The position numbers and the translations under genes are program-made. This document shows, piece after piece, positions 37,002-46,332 of a stretch of DNA of 64,000 nucleotides. This DNA is from a virus: the IMG/VR virus record IMGVR_UViG_3300003322_000423, positions 34,590 to 98,589 of that record; one strand, given 5' to 3'. Every line of letters starts with the position of its first letter. Positions within the stretch are counted from its first letter, which is position 1. The notes beneath the pieces were generated by a model. The model was given only the letters and a program-made list of their open reading frames with translations, had not been told where the DNA came from and made no database searches.

Positions 37002-37423
37002 TGGGTCATCCTTAGGTATCTGCGATAGCTGCAACAGTGGGACAAAGCACTGAACGCGTCTTTACGTCCGGGGTCTGTCTTCAGTTCATCTATTGTACCG
37101 CCCATAAGTTGAGCCGCTTCCCGCTGACCTGATAGCCGGTGTTGCTCAACCCGTATGACAGGGTCGGCAGTTCCCCACCCCCACCCGGTCTTAGCAGCGT
37201 ACTTGAGGAATCCGACGATCTCAATAGTAGCCTTAGCCTCTTTGGTGAGATGTGAGCCACTCCGGTAGTCCTCTATAAGGACTACGTCGTCTCTGCCGCC
37301 CTCATCCTCCAGAACATTCCACGCCTCTATAGGGTTGGCAAACTGAGTTGCATAGAAGTCTATGCCGTCTAGCCATGCAACGCCTGTAGCCACTGCTCCC
37401 GGATCAAAACTCCATATGGTCAT
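36998..37423 (-). CDS. RuvC-like Holliday junction resolvase
   Basis: SFDPG..TG.A, VLIED, DA.SA..H. Confidence 0.7.
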   Translation of the reverse strand: MTIWSFDPGAVATGVAWLDGIDFYATQFANPIEAWNVLEDEGGRDDVVLIEDYRSGSHLTKEAKATIEIVGFLKYAAKTGWGWGTADPVIRVEQHRLSGQREAAQLMGGTIDELKTDPGRKDAFSALSHCCSYRRYLRMTQ

Positions 37424-37976
37424 CAGTACCTAGTTTCCCCTGCAAGGTATGCTTCAGCCGCTTTTAGGGCTTCTTCCCAGGTGTCGAAATGGCCTCTAGG
37501 CCATCCACTTATCTCCATATACCAAAATGGCGGTAAAGGGTCCTCTTGGAGTCCCTCAGGGCCATAAAAGCTCCATCCTATAGCTTTTCGTATCCTAGGT
37601 TTTTGCGGCCAGCAACAAGAACAGTCTGCCCATTTGGCCATGTCTACCACCATACTTGGGTTTGACGCCAGGTGAACTCAGGCCACGCCTTATCAGGTTC
37701 CACCTCTAACTTGGCTTTGAGATCCTGAATAGCGGCCTCATGGGTCCTGCCACGGCCTATCGGCTTGTAACGTTCGTAGTTGGCGTACCATGTGGCGCAT
37801 TCGACATCACTGCCTGTCGCACTGGCCACTACGTCGGAACCCGGATGCTCGTTGAGAGCTATACACCAGCCGCCCTCATACGTTCCCTGATACCGAGATG
37901 TAAACACAGTGAGAGGGTATGGCAACGCATCTAGTGCGTCTCGTTGGTTCAGCAAGACTTCCCAGTCTTCAGACAT
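37423..37976 (-). other. two hypothetical ORFs (37423-37653, 37644-37976)
   Basis: Packed ORFs. Confidence 0.55.
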
Positions 37977-38028
37977 GTTTCTCCTACAAGAAAGGGGCCT
38001 CTTTAAGAGGCCCCTGACTTCCGCTAGC

Positions 38029-38472
38029 TCAGCCTACCTGATTTACCCACTTGACACGGCTCTGAACACCGTACTCAGTAGATTCCTCGTTCTCTACTGT
38101 GATGATGACCTCTTGCTCAAGGAAGTTGTCCGTAAGATCTGCGGCCAGATCCTTTACATCCTCAACGCTCTCAATGACAAGCTCGTCCACCTCGTACCCG
38201 AGACCCTTGAGCTTAAGCTTGGCCATCTTTACGGCCTTTTCGGTGAATACGATGTTGTCGAACAGGTTGCCGAATTCCTGTCCGCCGTCAACGTCTTCGG
38301 CCTTTTCGTCGGTCACCTTGTATGTGACCTTGATCATCGGGTTACCGGCCTGAGAGGTCTTGAACTCGAACTTGCGAGCCTCCGCAAGAACCTTGGAACC
38401 GTCCACGAGAGCCTTGCGGCCACCTCCGGACTTGACCTCAACAGAACCGAAGTCTAAGCGTGCGATACCCAT
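38029..38472 (-). CDS. DUF669-like ssDNA-binding protein
   Basis: KTSQAGNPMI.V...LFDN. Confidence 0.7.
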   Translation of the reverse strand: MGIARLDFGSVEVKSGGGRKALVDGSKVLAEARKFEFKTSQAGNPMIKVTYKVTDEKAEDVDGGQEFGNLFDNIVFTEKAVKMAKLKLKGLGYEVDELVIESVEDVKDLAADLTDNFLEQEVIITVENEESTEYGVQSRVKWVNQVG

Positions 38473-38475
38473 TTG

Positions 38476-38778
38476 TCATACTCCCTGAGTTAAGGTGTGT
38501 CCGTTTATTGTTACGCTATTGGGCATGAGAAAGATATTGTCTGCCCCTAGTGAAGACATGGACCAGTCTGCCCGCTTTTCATATTCGTCTGCAAGTGCTC
38601 TAAGGGCACGAGCCACAGCCAGATTGTAGCCGATTGTGTTGTCTGGCTTATCCTTGGGGTGCTTCTTTGCAGAACCCGTTCCCGTCACTTCACCTATGTT
38701 GGTATACGTGGAACCTCTGGCCTCGGCAACCGAAGCTTCACCGTCAAGAAGAACGGTAAGTGAGATTGTCTTGTTCAC
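38476..38778 (-). CDS. DUF1876/dsRBD-fold-like protein
   Basis: GTGSAKKHP.D.....IG..LAVARAL..LA. Confidence 0.7.
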   Translation of the reverse strand: MNKTISLTVLLDGEASVAEARGSTYTNIGEVTGTGSAKKHPKDKPDNTIGYNLAVARALRALADEYEKRADWSMSSLGADNIFLMPNSVTINGHTLTQGV

Positions 38779-39519
38779 CTATTTCCCCGTGTATTTCAAG
38801 ATATCATCCATGGTGGGGTTTGTAAACTCCAGAGGCATTTGGTCCCCTGAGCGAGGCTGGCGCCACTTAGGTCCCTCAACCTTGCGCTGTGGCTTGAAGG
38901 TTAGAACCCTGTCCACTTTACGCCGATCATAGTCATAATAACCAACCCTGCCAATATTACGAAGGATCTCATCGCGACCCTTAGGAGTACCGGCAAGATA
39001 CTTGATAGTCGATTCTTCATCCTGCTGGTCCATGCTGTGACCGATAAAGATAACGTTGATTCCGTGCTTTGTCAACGTGAGCAAATCCATCATAAGCTTG
39101 ATCATGATGCGGTTTGCCTCACCCCACTGCGCCTGAGTGGGTTGCTTTTCACGTGAGCCAGTCAGCTTGGTCAGAATCAGGTCATAGTACACGGCGGAGA
39201 TACTGTCGACAATGATAGTATTGAAAGGACCGTTGCCCTTTGCCCCTACCAGCTTGTCTATAATGACACGAAAATCATTGAACGTGACTTCCCCGTCTTC
39301 CGGGGTGGGCCATACGGGGATATCGACGTCTGTGACAGACTCGTATCCATTAGGGTCCAGCTCGAAAAGTATAGCGTCTCGACCCTGTTCAGAGTCCTGT
39401 GCTGACGCAGCAAGCGTAGTTTTACCGACGCCAGGTGGGCCGAAAATAAGAAGTCCAAGTCCTGTGGATCCGGCAAGGTCACTCGCTTTCCGGAATGTGG
39501 GTAAACCTCCTACAGCCAT
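38779..39519 (-). CDS. AAA/RecA-like ATPase (Sak4-like)
   Basis: GPPGVGKTTLA, IIVDS, VIFIGH. Confidence 0.85.
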   Translation of the reverse strand: MAVGGLPTFRKASDLAGSTGLGLLIFGPPGVGKTTLAASAQDSEQGRDAILFELDPNGYESVTDVDIPVWPTPEDGEVTFNDFRVIIDKLVGAKGNGPFNTIIVDSISAVYYDLILTKLTGSREKQPTQAQWGEANRIMIKLMMDLLTLTKHGINVIFIGHSMDQQDEESTIKYLAGTPKGRDEILRNIGRVGYYDYDRRKVDRVLTFKPQRKVEGPKWRQPRSGDQMPLEFTNPTMDDILKYTGK

Positions 39520-39963
39520 CAGGAACTCCCACCCTCCATCATCATCTTCCACATGATGTTGGTCAGAAGGGCCAGAGCCTCAGCCTGAGTGAATCCCGCC
39601 CCTGTCAAGCCCCTGTACACCTCGTTGAGCATTACCCAGGACTCTTGCTGTTCTGTGTTGCCCATGTCAGCAGCCAGAGCGCTTAACAGCTCATCTTCTT
39701 TTTGCTTGTCGTCGGAGTTTTCGCCGTCATTAGAGGGTAATTCACTCAACTTCTACACCATCCTTATATGTGGCTACTACTGACCTGACATGCTTTACTA
39801 CTTGAACGTTACGGTATGTGGTAACCAGTTGGTGTTCTCGTGCAGCATCCTGGGCCTCTGCAAAAGTGTCAAACACAGACTCCACAGGCACCCAGGGATT
39901 GCCAGTATACATTCCATACGTGGGATCGTAGTATTCGATGCCATAGGTCGTGTTATCCGACAT
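39519..39963 (-). other. two hypothetical ORFs (39519-39749, 39742-39963)
   Basis: Packed ORFs. Confidence 0.55.
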
Positions 39964-41095
39964 TACTTAGATACTCCCGTAGTTCTTCGACAGAGGTAAT
40001 CTGTGCTGGTTCGACACCCCGTACCTCTTCTACGGTGCCGTACGTTCCTGTTGTGTATCTCTTTTCTAGCAGATATTCTACATCTCCGCCAGAGTGTTTA
40101 GTATGACATAGGTCACTAAACCAGCAATCACTACAGCCTTTGTAAGGAATGGTCCTGTAAACGCGCGGATTGTCCAGCATCTCTACCACAACGTTCTGGA
40201 AACCCTCTTTCCAGGACTCTAGCTGTTCTCGGGTGAAGAAGGCTTTTTCACGGTAGAAGAAACGCGTATCGCCCTGTTTATCGATGTCGCGCAAGTGCGA
40301 CAGGATTGCTTCAAAACGCGCGTCTTCAGGGTCTTCACCGTTGTTGGCGATAGCCTGGCAATATCGCTCCAGAGTTGTAGATTGGCGTTTATCCGTGGAC
40401 AGCAATCCATTCTTCAACACCTTCGGTTCTTGGATCGGCTTCTTGGCTATACCGTTGTACAGCACGCCGGTTACTGGCATCCCTGTAAGCCATTCTACGG
40501 CCACGGCGTATCCCTGTGACTGGAAGTGCCACTGCACGTCTTCCGGGCTGGGTTTGGACGTGTAAGTCTTGTTCTCGACTATCCAGAGATTTTCGTGTTC
40601 GTCAACAGCTATGTTGTCCAGGGTGCCACAGAAATACACTTTTTGCCCGGGTCTGGCGATGTTCCAGCCTATGTACTCAGTGATATCTATCTTGAACGGT
40701 ATTTCACAGCCTATGGACGTAAGTCCAGCATCCCCCAGAGGATTAGATAGGCCGTAGTGATCAAAATACTGGACAACAAGATCATGAGCAAGATCGAAAG
40801 CTTCTTCAATTTCCTTTGTCTCCTGAGGCCATGGCTTCATACCGTAGTGTTCAGTATAGAGTGCAACCTTTTCGTCGTAAACCTCTTTGCCGTACGCGTT
40901 AACGGCATAGACTGGGTTGTACCCATTAAAATTGGCCTCAAGAGCTTTATGAATTGCCGTGCCAACATCGAGATAGAGTTTAGGACTGGTCTTATGACGT
41001 ATGCTCTGACGATTTGCTGACTTGAAATCCCAGAGCTGGCGACACCTAAGAAATGACTCTATATCCGAGAACGAAATGTAAACGTCATCAGTCAC
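39953..41095 (-). CDS. PD-(D/E)XK (Cas4/RecB-like) exonuclease
   Basis: S.S.I..F..C, GTAIH, GTLD..VENKT, Q...Y, C..C.F...C. Confidence 0.85.
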   Translation of the reverse strand: MTDDVYISFSDIESFLRCRQLWDFKSANRQSIRHKTSPKLYLDVGTAIHKALEANFNGYNPVYAVNAYGKEVYDEKVALYTEHYGMKPWPQETKEIEEAFDLAHDLVVQYFDHYGLSNPLGDAGLTSIGCEIPFKIDITEYIGWNIARPGQKVYFCGTLDNIAVDEHENLWIVENKTYTSKPSPEDVQWHFQSQGYAVAVEWLTGMPVTGVLYNGIAKKPIQEPKVLKNGLLSTDKRQSTTLERYCQAIANNGEDPEDARFEAILSHLRDIDKQGDTRFFYREKAFFTREQLESWKEGFQNVVVEMLDNPRVYRTIPYKGCSDCWFSDLCHTKHSGGDVEYLLEKRYTTGTYGTVEEVRGVEPAQITSVEELREYLSNVG

Positions 41096-41164
41096 AGAGC
41101 ATCGTCTATCTTGTCCAAAAGAACCTTAGCATTGCCGAACTCTTTTTGACTCAGATCATCCTGT

Positions 41165-41626
41165 TCAAGATATAAACCAACTAGATCGCTTAACAGTTCC
41201 AGCTCCACTGGAGTAAACGTCGGTCCGTCGCACACATTCGCCTCCCGGCCATACGACCCTAGCTAGGGTGGTGTTTTTGATGAGTTTCATACAACCTTGG
41301 CACGGCTCGTCTGTTATGTAAAGGGTGCCACCCTCTAGGCGTTGTCTATCCGCGAACAACAGGGCATTGGCCTCTGCGTGGACACTATGGCATGCGCCTG
41401 GGCCGGTGTCATAACTGGAGCCCGGGGATACATCAGAGTTGGCCCTAGGGCACTCTCCGGCCAGACAAGACGGCCCCCCTGGGTAGCTGCCATTGTAGCC
41501 CGTAGATGCAATTCGGTGTTCCGTATCAAATATTACGGCCCCTACCTTACGCCGCGAACAATCCGCACGTAGAGATACCGCAGAGGCTATATGGAGTCCG
41601 TAATCATCCCACGATAGTCGCTTCAT
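41165..41626 (-). CDS. dCMP deaminase
   Basis: C.RR.VGA, TGYNG, HAEANA, PCQGC. Confidence 0.9.
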   Translation of the reverse strand: MKRLSWDDYGLHIASAVSLRADCSRRKVGAVIFDTEHRIASTGYNGSYPGGPSCLAGECPRANSDVSPGSSYDTGPGACHSVHAEANALLFADRQRLEGGTLYITDEPCQGCMKLIKNTTLARVVWPGGECVRRTDVYSSGAGTVKRSSWFIS

Positions 41627-41946
41627 GTCTTACTGTTCCACCATCCGAGTAATAGGCCCCCTATGGTTCCCACAGGTACAGCTATATACCACTCCCACCA
41701 TGCCATCCGTGCCTCATAAAACAAGAGTTAAGGTGCTTTTTACAGTAACCATCGTAGAAAAAGCCTCTATAGCATCTCAGGCTAAGTTTATGGCTTCTAT
41801 GTAAACAACGTAGATAATATCCGTTGAATAGTTTCCGGGACAGCTTGTGAATCATGACTACCCCTTACCATGCCTGATCCAGCATCCGCCAGGACTCCCT
41901 GAAGGGCTTTTCTCTCCACATACAGGACAGCGACTTTCAGTTTCAC

Positions 41947-42288
41947 TCATTCTTCACCCTCTATTGCAGCTTCCATATCTGAGATGGGCCACTTCCAATT
42001 GTGGATTTCAGGTTCACATACATAACCTTCGTACCACATGCATGGACAGTCACTTGCCTTGGCCTGGTTACAGACAAGGTGGACAAGAGCCAAATTCTCG
42101 GGGTCTCTTGTGCCCCCACGTGATTTGGGTACGACATGATCTAGATTTAGTAAATCAGAGTACAGGATGCGCCGACGGATTTGTTTGCTACATATAGCAC
42201 ACCGATATCTTTGACGTATCCATAGGCGCATCCTGAATGACAGGGTCTTTCTCCGGGGACGCTGAGAACCGCCTTTTTTCTTTCCCAT
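41947..42288 (-). CDS. HNH endonuclease
   Basis: CAIC..DHVVPKSRGG....NL...H..CN..K. Confidence 0.85.
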   Translation of the reverse strand: MGKKKGGSQRPRRKTLSFRMRLWIRQRYRCAICSKQIRRRILYSDLLNLDHVVPKSRGGTRDPENLALVHLVCNQAKASDCPCMWYEGYVCEPEIHNWKWPISDMEAAIEGEE

Positions 42289-42300
42289 CGTCCGTCCCGT

Positions 42301-42504
42301 CTATTTCTTGGATTCTTCTGTGTGCCAAAAAGAGTGTGACCAGTAGTCAGCTACATCACTGTCTGTCCGTATATAAAGCTTACCTGGTTCGTCGGCTTTT
42401 GACACCACTCCAGCAGAGATAGGTATTGTGATATCCGTCCCACAGCGGGGGCACGCGATGATAAGTGCCCCCACAGTGTGCATCTCACCGTCTACGTCTG
42501 ACAC
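42301..42504 (-). CDS. small Zn-ribbon protein
   Basis: CPRC; coupled ORF. Confidence 0.5.
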   Translation of the reverse strand: MSDVDGEMHTVGALIIACPRCGTDITIPISAGVVSKADEPGKLYIRTDSDVADYWSHSFWHTEESKK

Positions 42505-43919
42505 TAGTCCTCCCGGAGCCAGGATATAAGCGCTCTCTTCAACCCGTCAGTTCTCTGGTTGAGATGTTTTTGAATCGCCATGTCTGGTGTCCCCTTCGCA
42601 AAAACATTGTGGACATTTACCAGTCGTGTTTGCCCGCGCCTCTTCAGGCGCGCTATGCACTGTTCCTGATCTGCCGGTAGTGGACTGTGCTCTAAGAAGA
42701 CAACATCCGAGGCATGAATAAGTGAAATCCCTTCCTTCAATGAGGATATGGTGGCCACTAAGACGCCGTTCGCAGTGCTCTTCCATTGGTCCACTAACTC
42801 TGATCTTTTGTGGGTCGGGACGTCCCCCGTGACGAGCGTGACCGGACGGTCATTTCTAGAAAGGGCCTCTGCCACCGCTCTGGCAGAGTCTTTGTACCAG
42901 ACATACACCACGATCGGCCCGAACCGATCGTCAAGGAAATCACGGACAAAATCAATTTTCGGTTTTTCCTTAGTGGGAGGGTTAGTCGCCAACTGCCGTA
43001 ACCGCGAGTAGAGCGCCCCACCTCCATTGACAAACTCCGAATGCTCAAGATCCGGGTGCTCGATGATGTATTCTTTACGCGCTTGTACAAAGGTTTTCCT
43101 CACAGAAGCTGGTAGGTCGACAAAATAATCACGGTCGCGTTGGTCAAGAGTAGCAAGACTAGGGACATCTTGAAGGGTCCGGCGTAACGAGAATTGACCC
43201 AATATTTGTTGAAAATCGTCTTCAAGTCCACGTCGTAACTGCCCTACTTCCGTACTCCAAGGGGTCTTGACGACGTAGCAGTATTCCTCTACAAATCGCC
43301 AATAGCTCTTGTATGCTTTTTTGTCCCACAATTGCAGCATAGGGAAAAGATCACCCGGCGTATTAACAATAGGTGTACCCGTGAGATACCAAATAGGTGT
43401 CTGAAGGTTAGTCGCCCGTGCTTTCCGCAGTTCCATTACATGCTTAGTGCTCTGACTGCTACGTCCGCGTAAACGATGTGCCTCGTCGAATATGCAGACG
43501 GCCCAGGGTCGCTCCGAGAGTATCCCGTATTGACGCTGACCCGCTAACGGGTGGGGTTGTCCTTTGAGCGTTTTCGGCCACGTCGCTGACCAGTTGTTGT
43601 AACTAGTGATGACAAAGTCTGTCCACGGATTATCAAGGGCTTCGAACCGGGCTTCGAAGCCTTGTCCGTCGGCTGTGACAACCCTAGCGCTTGGCGCAAA
43701 TCGAGAAATCTCATAACACCAGTTCTTCACAAGATACGCAGGGCATGTTACCAGTGCAGGTCTTTTCGTCTCCTGAACTTTCTGATACGCCGCCACAATA
43801 GTAGGAGGAGTTTTACCAACCTAAACGCCGGGCACATCAAAGAGCCCGGCAACCCCCTTAGAGTTCAATAAAAAGTCCTTGGAAGTTTCTTGATAGTCAG
43901 ACAAGGTGTATTGAGTCAC
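42504..43919 (-). CDS. SNF2-like SF2 helicase with an in-frame TAG inside Walker A
   Basis: GTG 43919 gives TLSDYQ...LFDVPGV*VGKT; then DEAH, LTGTP, EGISL, Q...R..R.GQ. Confidence 0.88.
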
Positions 43920-44346
43920 CGATATCCCATTCTGATCTCGATCTAGGCTTACGTCTACTACATTTACAACATGAACGGCCCCATCCTGTACGGGTAGGAA
44001 ATTCGTACGTGTTGTCAGAAGTGTATTCGTGATTAGCCGGACAATGCGTTTTTATTGCATTTAAAGCCGCTGGCCCGGAACTTCTCATTACATTTTCACG
44101 TTGAGTTTTGGGCCTCAAATGATCTGGATTTACACATGAGGGGTTGTTACACTTGTGTTCTACTATGTAACCCTCAGGTACGGGACCTTTGTGGAGAATA
44201 TATGAGTAAATATGTGCCCGCCAGTAACCTTCACGTTTGGCACCTTTACTTAAACCTCCGTACCCGTTTTTATCCTTCCATGCTGTCCATAACCAACATG
44301 TCTCAGTCTTTTCAACTTTGGCCCAGAATCTGTCTTCCAGGGTCAT
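43897..44346 (-). CDS. HNH homing endonuclease
   Basis: RFWAKV..CWLW..AH..H.CNN..CVNPDHL...EN. Confidence 0.9.
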   Translation of the reverse strand: MTLEDRFWAKVEKTETCWLWTAWKDKNGYGGLSKGAKREGYWRAHIYSYILHKGPVPEGYIVEHKCNNPSCVNPDHLRPKTQRENVMRSSGPAALNAIKTHCPANHEYTSDNTYEFPTRTGWGRSCCKCSRRKPRSRSEWDIGDSIHLV

Positions 44347-44519
44347 ATGTGCTTCCAGCTTCTACGGGAGACTATGGCGCTGATGGTGCCGACACAGACG
44401 TCGTACCTGTTGGACAGCTCTAGCTGTGTCACACCTTCTTTCACGGCCTGACGTATGTCTAGTACGTCTTCCGGCCGTAGCCGGGACAGGTGGTGATTTT
44501 CCCCTCGCTTGGCAGCCAT
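44343..44519 (-). CDS. small HTH protein
   Basis: GENH...L....V..IR...Q..L...Y.V...TI..I....SWKH. Confidence 0.65.
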   Translation of the reverse strand: MAAKRGENHHLSRLRPEDVLDIRQAVKEGVTQLELSNRYDVCVGTISAIVSRRSWKHI

Positions 44520-44939
44520 CACAGCCCCACGTCCGGCCATACCTCGAAGATGTACCCTCGGGAGCCCATCTGCGGCTGTAGTTGCTTATGGAGTTCGGAC
44601 AGAAATATCTCATAGAGATAGATGTCAGTGCGGCCCGACTCCACCCAATTGGTGTAAGCAGCGAGGGACTGGGCATCCAGCTCAAGGTGGTACATGGGGT
44701 CAGGTACACCGAACTGTACATTAACTTTCATAGCAAGCCTCACAGCAAACTTCTAGATCGTCATTCCATAGGTCCATCGTCACATTCCTCACAGAAGGCA
44801 AAGGCTTTTGGCATGTCGTCCCACTCTACATCTATCACGCAGTAGTTGAGACATGTTCGGTGGAAAAACTTGTAGCAACCATCACAAGCTACGTCATCTA
44901 ATGCGTCCTGAAAAGGTAAGCCGCAGTCTGTGCATGTGT

Positions 44940-45986
44940 TCAAGGCTGTTCATCCCATTTCCACAGGGCTGATTCCGGGGGAATATCAGCCTCCGTCTTG
45001 TTAGGGTATGCCGACATATAATTGCAGATCTTGCAGTACCGACGATTGGATTTATAGCCCCGGATTTCATGGTCCCGCTTGCAGTGAGTCTTTACCTCTC
45101 GGGGCTTGCGGGGCTTTCTACGAGCGGCCTGACGCTTACGTGTGGCTTCCTGGCAGATCATGCAACGCTTACTGGAAGTCCCGTTGACATTGGTGAATAC
45201 TTTTGTGTTTTCAGGGGTCCGCTTGTGACCGTTTACACACTGTTCCTGGTATTCCTCAGGAAAGAGATGTACTTTAACCGCGTGATGTGCGGCCCGGATC
45301 TTTCGCATACCTGAGGATGAACCACCTGCCAGACCGAGCATAGCCGCTATTTCCTTGGCGTTGAGACCTAGGACGTAGTGCCAATACAGTACCTGTCGCT
45401 CCTCAGAAGGCAGATCTTCCAGAAGCCCTTTGAAGGACATGTCAGCTATCAAGTCTGACTCGAACGACGTGGTCACAGACCCGTAGATGTCGTTTTCGTT
45501 CTCCAAAGTGATAGGTCCTATCGTGTAGGCATTGTGGTCAATTCGATCACGGCCGTTGTATATGGCATGATTGACACCCTTACCCTCTCGCATCTTTTTC
45601 CGTTGAATGGAGACAACGGAAGATGAGATTCCAGTGGACTGCACGATATACTTATTGGTCGGTTCCTCCCCATGGACCGATTCGTATTCAGCTATGCACT
45701 GCTTGATCTTTTCTCGGGTCTTGTCCCCTTGAGCATCTCTACGGCCGTCCCGGGACATAGGAGGCGCTCCTGTAGAGCGTCGGCGTCCCTGCCCGGACTC
45801 GGAGATGAATGCCACGGCCCACAGTTTTGCCCTGTGCGCTACATGCCGAAAGTCGTCGTTTCCGTCCTCAATATCACGCCATGCCCGGATCATGCCCTCT
45901 TGGAAGGCATCGTCATATTCACTGTGACCCCTGTAACTAGCGAGAGATGTGATCAGATACCGTCGAATCTTTTCGATGTCCACCAT
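44940..45986 (-). CDS. sigma-70-family RNA polymerase sigma factor with C-terminal Cys/His motifs
   Basis: DD.FQEG.I.AW (region 2); LP.EER.VL..HY..GL..KEIA..LG (region 4); CVNGH, CKRDH, CxxC. Confidence 0.75.
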   Translation of the reverse strand: MVDIEKIRRYLITSLASYRGHSEYDDAFQEGMIRAWRDIEDGNDDFRHVAHRAKLWAVAFISESGQGRRRSTGAPPMSRDGRRDAQGDKTREKIKQCIAEYESVHGEEPTNKYIVQSTGISSSVVSIQRKKMREGKGVNHAIYNGRDRIDHNAYTIGPITLENENDIYGSVTTSFESDLIADMSFKGLLEDLPSEERQVLYWHYVLGLNAKEIAAMLGLAGGSSSGMRKIRAAHHAVKVHLFPEEYQEQCVNGHKRTPENTKVFTNVNGTSSKRCMICQEATRKRQAARRKPRKPREVKTHCKRDHEIRGYKSNRRYCKICNYMSAYPNKTEADIPPESALWKWDEQP

Positions 45987-46261
45987 TACAGTTCACCTAT
46001 CCTTTCAAGCATCTCAGTTGTGGTTTTATGGGATACAAGACCCTGTTGGCGCATTCTGATAATTGCTGACATGTAAACGTGTCTGCGCTGTTCTGGTTCC
46101 AGTTCGGGGCCGAACTTGGAAATAACCTCCCCTGTGGCAAGCTTCTTACGTCTGGCCTTGACACATAGGGTACATCTGGGAGCGTGTCCGTCCTTGGACT
46201 CCCTACGCTTGCCGAACTCTGTGAAATCTTTGGTTTCACGACACGTATTGCAAGTCTTCAA
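45986..46261 (-). CDS. Zn-finger hypothetical protein
   Basis: K.C..C...K...EF......DG....C..C. Confidence 0.6.
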   Translation of the reverse strand: MKTCNTCRETKDFTEFGKRRESKDGHAPRCTLCVKARRKKLATGEVISKFGPELEPEQRRHVYMSAIIRMRQQGLVSHKTTTEMLERIGEL

Positions 46262-46332
46262 CAGGGTCTCCCTAAACGATTAGTGCCTCCGACTACCGTA
46301 GCAGGGAGGCACTGATCTGTCTAGTTAAAGGG

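Noticed and set aside
43821-43823. Genome-wide TAG reassignment or amber suppression as the explanation of the helicase stop
   Set aside because: Other genes end normally at TAG (14433, 15316, 42504), no CTA-anticodon tRNA was found, and readthrough would distort the P-loop.
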